In this document: positions 56,037 through 64,000 of the stretch, piece by piece
Position numbering within the stretch: the first letter of the stretch is position 1
Layout of the letters: each line of letters begins with the position of its first letter
Assembly (NCBI RefSeq): GCF_009914755.1
Contig: NC_060928.1
Strand: one strand, 5' to 3'
From: the human T2T-CHM13v2.0 reference genome, Homo sapiens
Length of the DNA stretch: 64,000 nucleotides
Made by a program: the position numbers and the translations under genes
Notes under the pieces: model-generated
Told to the model about the DNA's origin: nothing
What the model saw: only the letters and a program-made list of their open reading frames with translations
Database searches by the model: none

Positions 56037-56231
56037 CATTAATACTACTTTTTCTATGAAAGGTCTCACCTGTAAGATAGAATATGTTGGAAACCTTAAA
56101 TATGCTTTCTTCCTCTCTGCTTTTCATCCTTTTTGTGTTCACTCCTGGAAACAATAAGATATTTCTGAAACCCTATTATAAATGCTTAATATTGATCCAA
56201 AATGCACTGTTATAGAAATAATTACACATGT

Positions 56232-56233
<2 letters not shown>

Positions 56234-56273
<40 letters not shown>
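56234..56273. repeat. (AT)20 microsatellite
   Basis: Uninterrupted run seen directly. Confidence 0.95.
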
Positions 56274-56276
<3 letters not shown>

Positions 56277-57065
56277 ATAGACACATGGTTCTTCAGTATT
56301 AGAAGTGCTCTTGGGAGAAAGATGACAGATAATATCTCTAAAGTTACACTGCTTTTAGAAGACAAGTGGACTTTTTATTCCACTATAAGGGCTCATGTAT
56401 GTGTCAATGACATTTTGCAAACAAATGAACAATGATGCTTCTGAGGCTATTAAATTTGAAATCAGAAGAAAATGATAGGTAGCACTCATCATGTAGTTAA
56501 ATTATGCTTACTAGCTACTGGAGGATAAGATGTAGTGTAGGCAATCAATCAATTTTGCAGCATATTTTTAATTTCTCCAGATATTCGTAGGGATTGATTG
56601 CTATTGTTCCATTAGGTAACACCATTGCATTATTTTAAGGTTGATATCATTAGCCCCAGGCACATGCAAAATATAAAAACTAAATGTTTAAAGAAAAGGT
56701 GACCTTCTATTTCAGAACACAGATAAATAGTAAATGAGCTGTATAACCTCCAACATTGATGTTTCAAGGTAATTTAATAACAAGACCCTTAACTAAAATA
56801 CTGAAGTGCAGTACTATACATCACACTTAGAGGCATTCACAGCTTGTAAGGACAATTAGTTACAGTGACTTTTCCAATTCCACCATATTAAATTCAATTA
56901 ATCTATCATTGTTGAAAGATACCTTGGTTTATTAGACATTTTCTAGGCATTTCGGTCATTAATAACACTTTAAATTCATATTTGTAGCCTGGAGAGACAA
57001 GTGTTTGTTTGTTTCCAAGACAATAGTTCAGACACTATAGTTTTTATAAAGGTTGGTAAAGGTCA

Positions 57066-57069
<4 letters not shown>

Positions 57070-57118
<49 letters not shown>

Positions 57119-57137
57119 AAGAGGGAGAGAGAGAGAG
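57070..57137. repeat. (TG)n(GA)n compound microsatellite
   Basis: Seen directly. Confidence 0.95.
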
Positions 57138-57444
57138 AAGAGTGAATTTTGTTGCTAAGATTTTATTGCTAAGACTCTTTGGAAATAAAAACCTCCACTC
57201 CCGACCACTCTGATGATTTTTCACACTAGCCTTAGCCTGTTATCTCCAAGAAGGCAGAAACAAGATTTTGCTGTTTATGTTATACGTGATACTTTGCAGA
57301 GCATTAGGTTTTTATAGATATTAGTTTTGATTCCAAAGTTGCAACAGTTGATATTAAAACTGTTACAAAGTAAAGAAGAAAAATACATGGAACAAGAATT
57401 CATCTCAATTATTCTAAATGGCAGTCCTCAAGTGACATTTAGGT

Positions 57445-57640
57445 AGTGTATCTCAGTCTTTAAGAACTCCGGCTTTGGAGTCAGAGAAACATGAGCTTGA
57501 GTCTCAGCTGCTCTCGGCTTCTTTGTGGATATTTGCTGATAATGGGTAACATAATTATGTTTTCTAAATCTTATTTTCCTCATTGATAAATGGGTAAAAC
57601 AAGAACACTCATTACATTGGCTTGTGTAAATTATTGTTAT
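57445..57640 (+). mobile_element. MIR
   Basis: 'ggctttggagtcagaga...ttttcctcattgataaatggg'. Confidence 0.65.
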
Positions 57641-57769
57641 GCATTTTTTTCATGTTCAAACAAGCAACTAAATTATTGAAAATGTATCTGTCTCTAAGAT
57701 GCTTGAAGAACCTACAGCACTTGCCTAGTGTATGACTTATAGAGAGTAGGAAGGAAATAGCACCTGCCA

Positions 57770-58285
57770 CTGTTAGTTGCTTACCAGTTTATTAGTCATT
57801 TCTACTTTCTGTTTTGCAATAAGAATTCTAATTTTATTCAGATTTGAAGGAAGCAGTGTGTCTACACAAAGCATGACTAGTGATTAATCTTGTCAGTTAC
57901 ATTAATCCTGTATCTTTACCTGGTTTAGGGTTGAGGATGTGACCCTGTTTTGGTAAAAAAGACATAAGAGTAATCCTGCTGAGGACCCTTGGAGAAATAG
58001 TTTCCTCTCTAATTAAAAGAGGGAGGTGCATAATTGGGCCCTTCAGCCTCTCCCCACCTTTGCCTGTGTGCACAGTTACACTGGATTATGAGGTTTGCAG
58101 CAGCAGCAGCCACAGGCAATCATGAGGCAAGAGGCAAGAGACTCATAAATGACTGAAGGGCCTGATGTGGTTGAACTGCTGAATTAACCTCTGAACTTCT
58201 TCATTCAAGATTTATTAATGTAACCCTATGTTTAAGCCACTGATCCTAAGGATGCTATTATTTGAAGCCAAAAACATTGTAGTCT
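57770..58285 (+). mobile_element. Old MLT1(J/K)-like LTR
   Basis: 'atgtgaccctgttttggt', 'gcaatcatgaggcaa', 'tgtttaagccact', 'ttatttgaagccaaa'. Confidence 0.6.
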
Positions 58286-59190
58286 GCTGCTATTGTTAAA
58301 ATGCATAATCCTATTAAATTTTTTCTTTGGGTAGTCCCAAATGAGGAAGGAAAGGGGTAATATCTAAAAACACTTAAATTTAGTAATTGATGTATTTCAT
58401 TTATTCATTGATTGGATACATGTTTATTCAACTGTAAAAGTGAAGCAAATATGTATTAGGTATTGTGGGGAACACTCAACAAATTGGGCAGGATAGTGAA
58501 TGAGCAACAGCACATTATAATAAAATCCCATAGGGGTGGAAGCATGACAGAACAAAATTTTAATCTGGGCATTGCAATAGCAAACATTATGGCCTTCAAT
58601 TTACTTATTTCTCAGAGTCTCTGTAAAGTGAGTATATAGTGATCTCTACCTCTAGTACCACTTCAAAAATTGGTGATTAGTGTTATCATTTATTATTTAG
58701 TCACTATCCCTAACCTAAATAAATAGTAGTTGGATGAATGAGCAAATTATATATTTTCTCATTGGTACCAACAATGACATATTTTGCCTAAACTTTAGTT
58801 CTCTAGAAAAAGAAAATGAAACAAATTTACTTTAGAAAACGTCACTTAAAAATCAGTCACTAGAAATTTAAATAAAGATGTAGAAATGTTTATGAACCTA
58901 AGGCTATTGAGAGGATACCATCTATGAACCATTTATTTTCTTGGGGATTTTCTTCTCTGCATTATTTTGCAGCACTAGTTGTATATTTTTGCTTAAAAAA
59001 TTTAGGCCAAAATAAAATGTATATATATTCACTTTTTTTATTTGAAAATACCAGTCTAGAATAATCAAAACCTCCTCACGTTAAAAGAGCCAGGTAAGTA
59101 TAGATACTCATACAAAGTATAATTAATACACACATGTAATTGTAGTGACAAATAATTAAATATATAATAATGACTATTAAAACATCAATA

Positions 59191-59436
59191 AAGTTAGCCC
59201 TCCATATGTGCAAGTTCTATTTATTTTTCTGTTTTTATTTTTTAATTTTTTTGAGACAGGATCTATCACTCTGTCACCTAGGCTGGAGTGTTAAATGGTC
59301 AACTTTATATGGGCGGATGTACAGTAGATTATATACAAATACTATGTTATTTTATATAAGGAATTTGAGCATCCATGAAGTTTTATATCTGTGGGGGTCC
59401 TGGAACCAATCCTCCACGAATACTGACAGAGGACTG
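59191..59436 (-). mobile_element. MER2 (Tigger-type MITE) with interior replaced by an Alu 3' stub (59219-59290)
   Basis: Both MER2 ends present ('agttagccctccatat'; 'ggggtcctggaaccaatcctccacgaatactga...actg'). Between them: poly-T plus 'gagacagg...gtcacctaggctggagtg'. Confidence 0.7.
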
Positions 59437-59604
59437 GATGTATTTGTGTGACCACTATTAACTTTCACCTTATTTTCCTGGCATATACCCAAAAATCATA
59501 CAAGGTAAAACTTATATTTGGCAAAAGAATTGGAGCCTTACCCTTATTGAATGCAATCTAAAAATAAGGTATCAATTGTCAAATCACCTAAACACTTATT
59601 AATA

Positions 59605-59870
59605 GTAGCAATCATAGCTAACTTTTATTGAGCTAGACATTTTATGCTAGACATATATGTGCTAGACACTCTTCTAAGCACTCTGTATTAATTCATTTAA
59701 ACTCATGATGTTACTAATATTATTCTTATTTTACAAAGGAAAAAACTTAGGTACAGAGAGGTTTATTAACTTGTTTAAAGGTACACAGTTGGTAAGTGGC
59801 AGATCTGGAATATGATCTGGGATATGACTGAGGCACTGTGCTGTAGATCCCATGCTTTTAACTATAACAT
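59605..59870 (-). mobile_element. MIR
   Basis: 'attttacaaaggaaaaaacttaggtacagagaggtt...ggtaagtggcaga'. Confidence 0.75.
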
Positions 59871-60414
59871 ACCTTATTTGGAAGAGGTGAGATTTACATT
59901 AGGACAGCATTAGTAAGTGCTCATGGTTTAGATCTTAAATGCTTGGGGTTTCTGATAAATAAAAATTCAATAAGGTTTCGAGTAAGTACTGATGCTTGAG
60001 AAAGTGGACATTTCCTAGAAACCTGACAAGTTATGATTTGAATAGGCAGTGCATCAAGGAATGTGTGCATTCAGGCAGGGAAAAGAGCAAGAGTAAAAAT
60101 ACTAGTGCAGTAGTAAATTTATAACATACATGAGATTTTAATGATATGGATGAAAACATTTTAAGGAAACAAATTTTTATTTGTTTGTTGTCGATTCCTT
60201 TTCTTTGTAGTTTCCATGCTCCTCTATTCCCTGCAGAGCTCATTCTTCATTCAGTGATGTGGTAGGCTTAATAATGACTCCCAAAAGATATCCACACCCT
60301 AATCCCTGGAAACTTTAAGTGCGTTTTATTACATGGCAAAATATACTTTGCAGATGTATTTAAGATTATGAATTTCAAAATAGGCAGATTATTCTGGATT
60401 ATCTGGGTGGGTGC

Positions 60415-63021
<2,607 letters not shown>

Positions 63022-64000
63022 GGCACAATCTAATCACGTGAGTCCTTAGGAGCAGGAAACTTTGGCTGGACTCAGGAAGATACAATAGCAGGAGAAGGTA
63101 GAAGAGATGTGGTAGAAGGGACATTCAGGGAGATTCCAAGCCTGCAACTCAATGTGCTGTTGCTAGTGCTGAGATGTAAGAGTCACATGGAACAACAAGA
63201 GAGAGGCTTCTGGGAGCTAAGTGTGGCTGTTGGCTGATAGGAAGCAAATAAAGGAACTAGTTCTACAACATTAAGAAACTGAAATCTGTTAACATCCTGA
63301 GTGAACTTGAAGTGGATTCATCTCTATAGTCTCCAGGAAAGAGCTAGTCCTGTTGACACTTCCTTGGTTTTAGTCCAGTGAGATCCATTTCAGGTTTCCA
63401 AACTACAGAAACTGTGAGATAATAAATGTATGTTGTTTTAAGCCACCAAATTTGTGGTAATTTGTTACAGCAGTAATAATAATTTAAAAAAATGGTGTGC
63501 AGAAGATTATATCTGCATTATGAGGAGGCAGGTGCAGACTGTGGTAAAATTTCTATTATTTTTCCTTACTCCTTACTCCATGTTCTGATAATAATGGAAA
63601 TATAAGTAAATACTCCAAAACCCTTTTCTTATGTTACTCAGAAGTCTGGTATTAAAAATTGTACATTTCTATTTTTATCTGTCAAGATTTTTAACTAGAA
63701 ATGTCATCATTTCTTAAAGTATTTAAAAAATGGTATATTAGATAGATAGTCAATTTTTCTTCTCTCTGCAGTAAGAGTTTTCACTTAACTGGGATATTTT
63801 TATTCTTAGCCAATACTTATAGGAAAGCTGTGGAACAAAGGGTTGTGTTACTCTGAGAGTTTTTTGAGATTAGATTCTTTATAGATTTTTATACGAGGGA
63901 AGAAGAGGAACGAGTTTTCCCTCCTGGTATATTGGAATATAAAAAGAAAACATTTAAGGCTGCTCTCTACTTATTGGTTATGAGATAGGTGCTGGTAACT

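Noticed and set aside
59055-59093. Strong donor CAG/GTAAGT with a possible 39-nt exon
   Set aside because: Weak acceptor and stops in all frames; such donors occur by chance in 64 kb.

Overview
AT-rich, CpG-poor primate (most likely human) genomic DNA, intergenic or deep intronic. I find no credible protein-coding exon, tRNA, rRNA, CpG island or CRISPR array. The supplied ORFs I can place are read-throughs of Alu, L1, MaLR or microsatellite sequence; the rest are short and resemble no protein I recognise. The window is a layered record of transposable elements: about 12 Alus, several L1 relics, L2 and MIR, solo ERV LTRs (LTR8, LTR7/HERV-H, MLT2A/HERV-L, MLT2), MaLR LTRs, a two-LTR THE1 provirus nested in an MLT1 LTR, a deleted MST provirus, DNA transposons (Tigger2b, MER63, MER94, MER58A, MER2), and a 35-nt 3'-truncated U2 snRNA retrocopy with TSDs. 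I see no previously undescribed biological system. The best second-look items are a tandem STAT GAS pair in apparently unique DNA, LTRs from families linked to early-embryo or trophoblast regulation, and several rearrangement scars. Subfamily names come from recalled consensus sequences, not from a RepeatMasker run.
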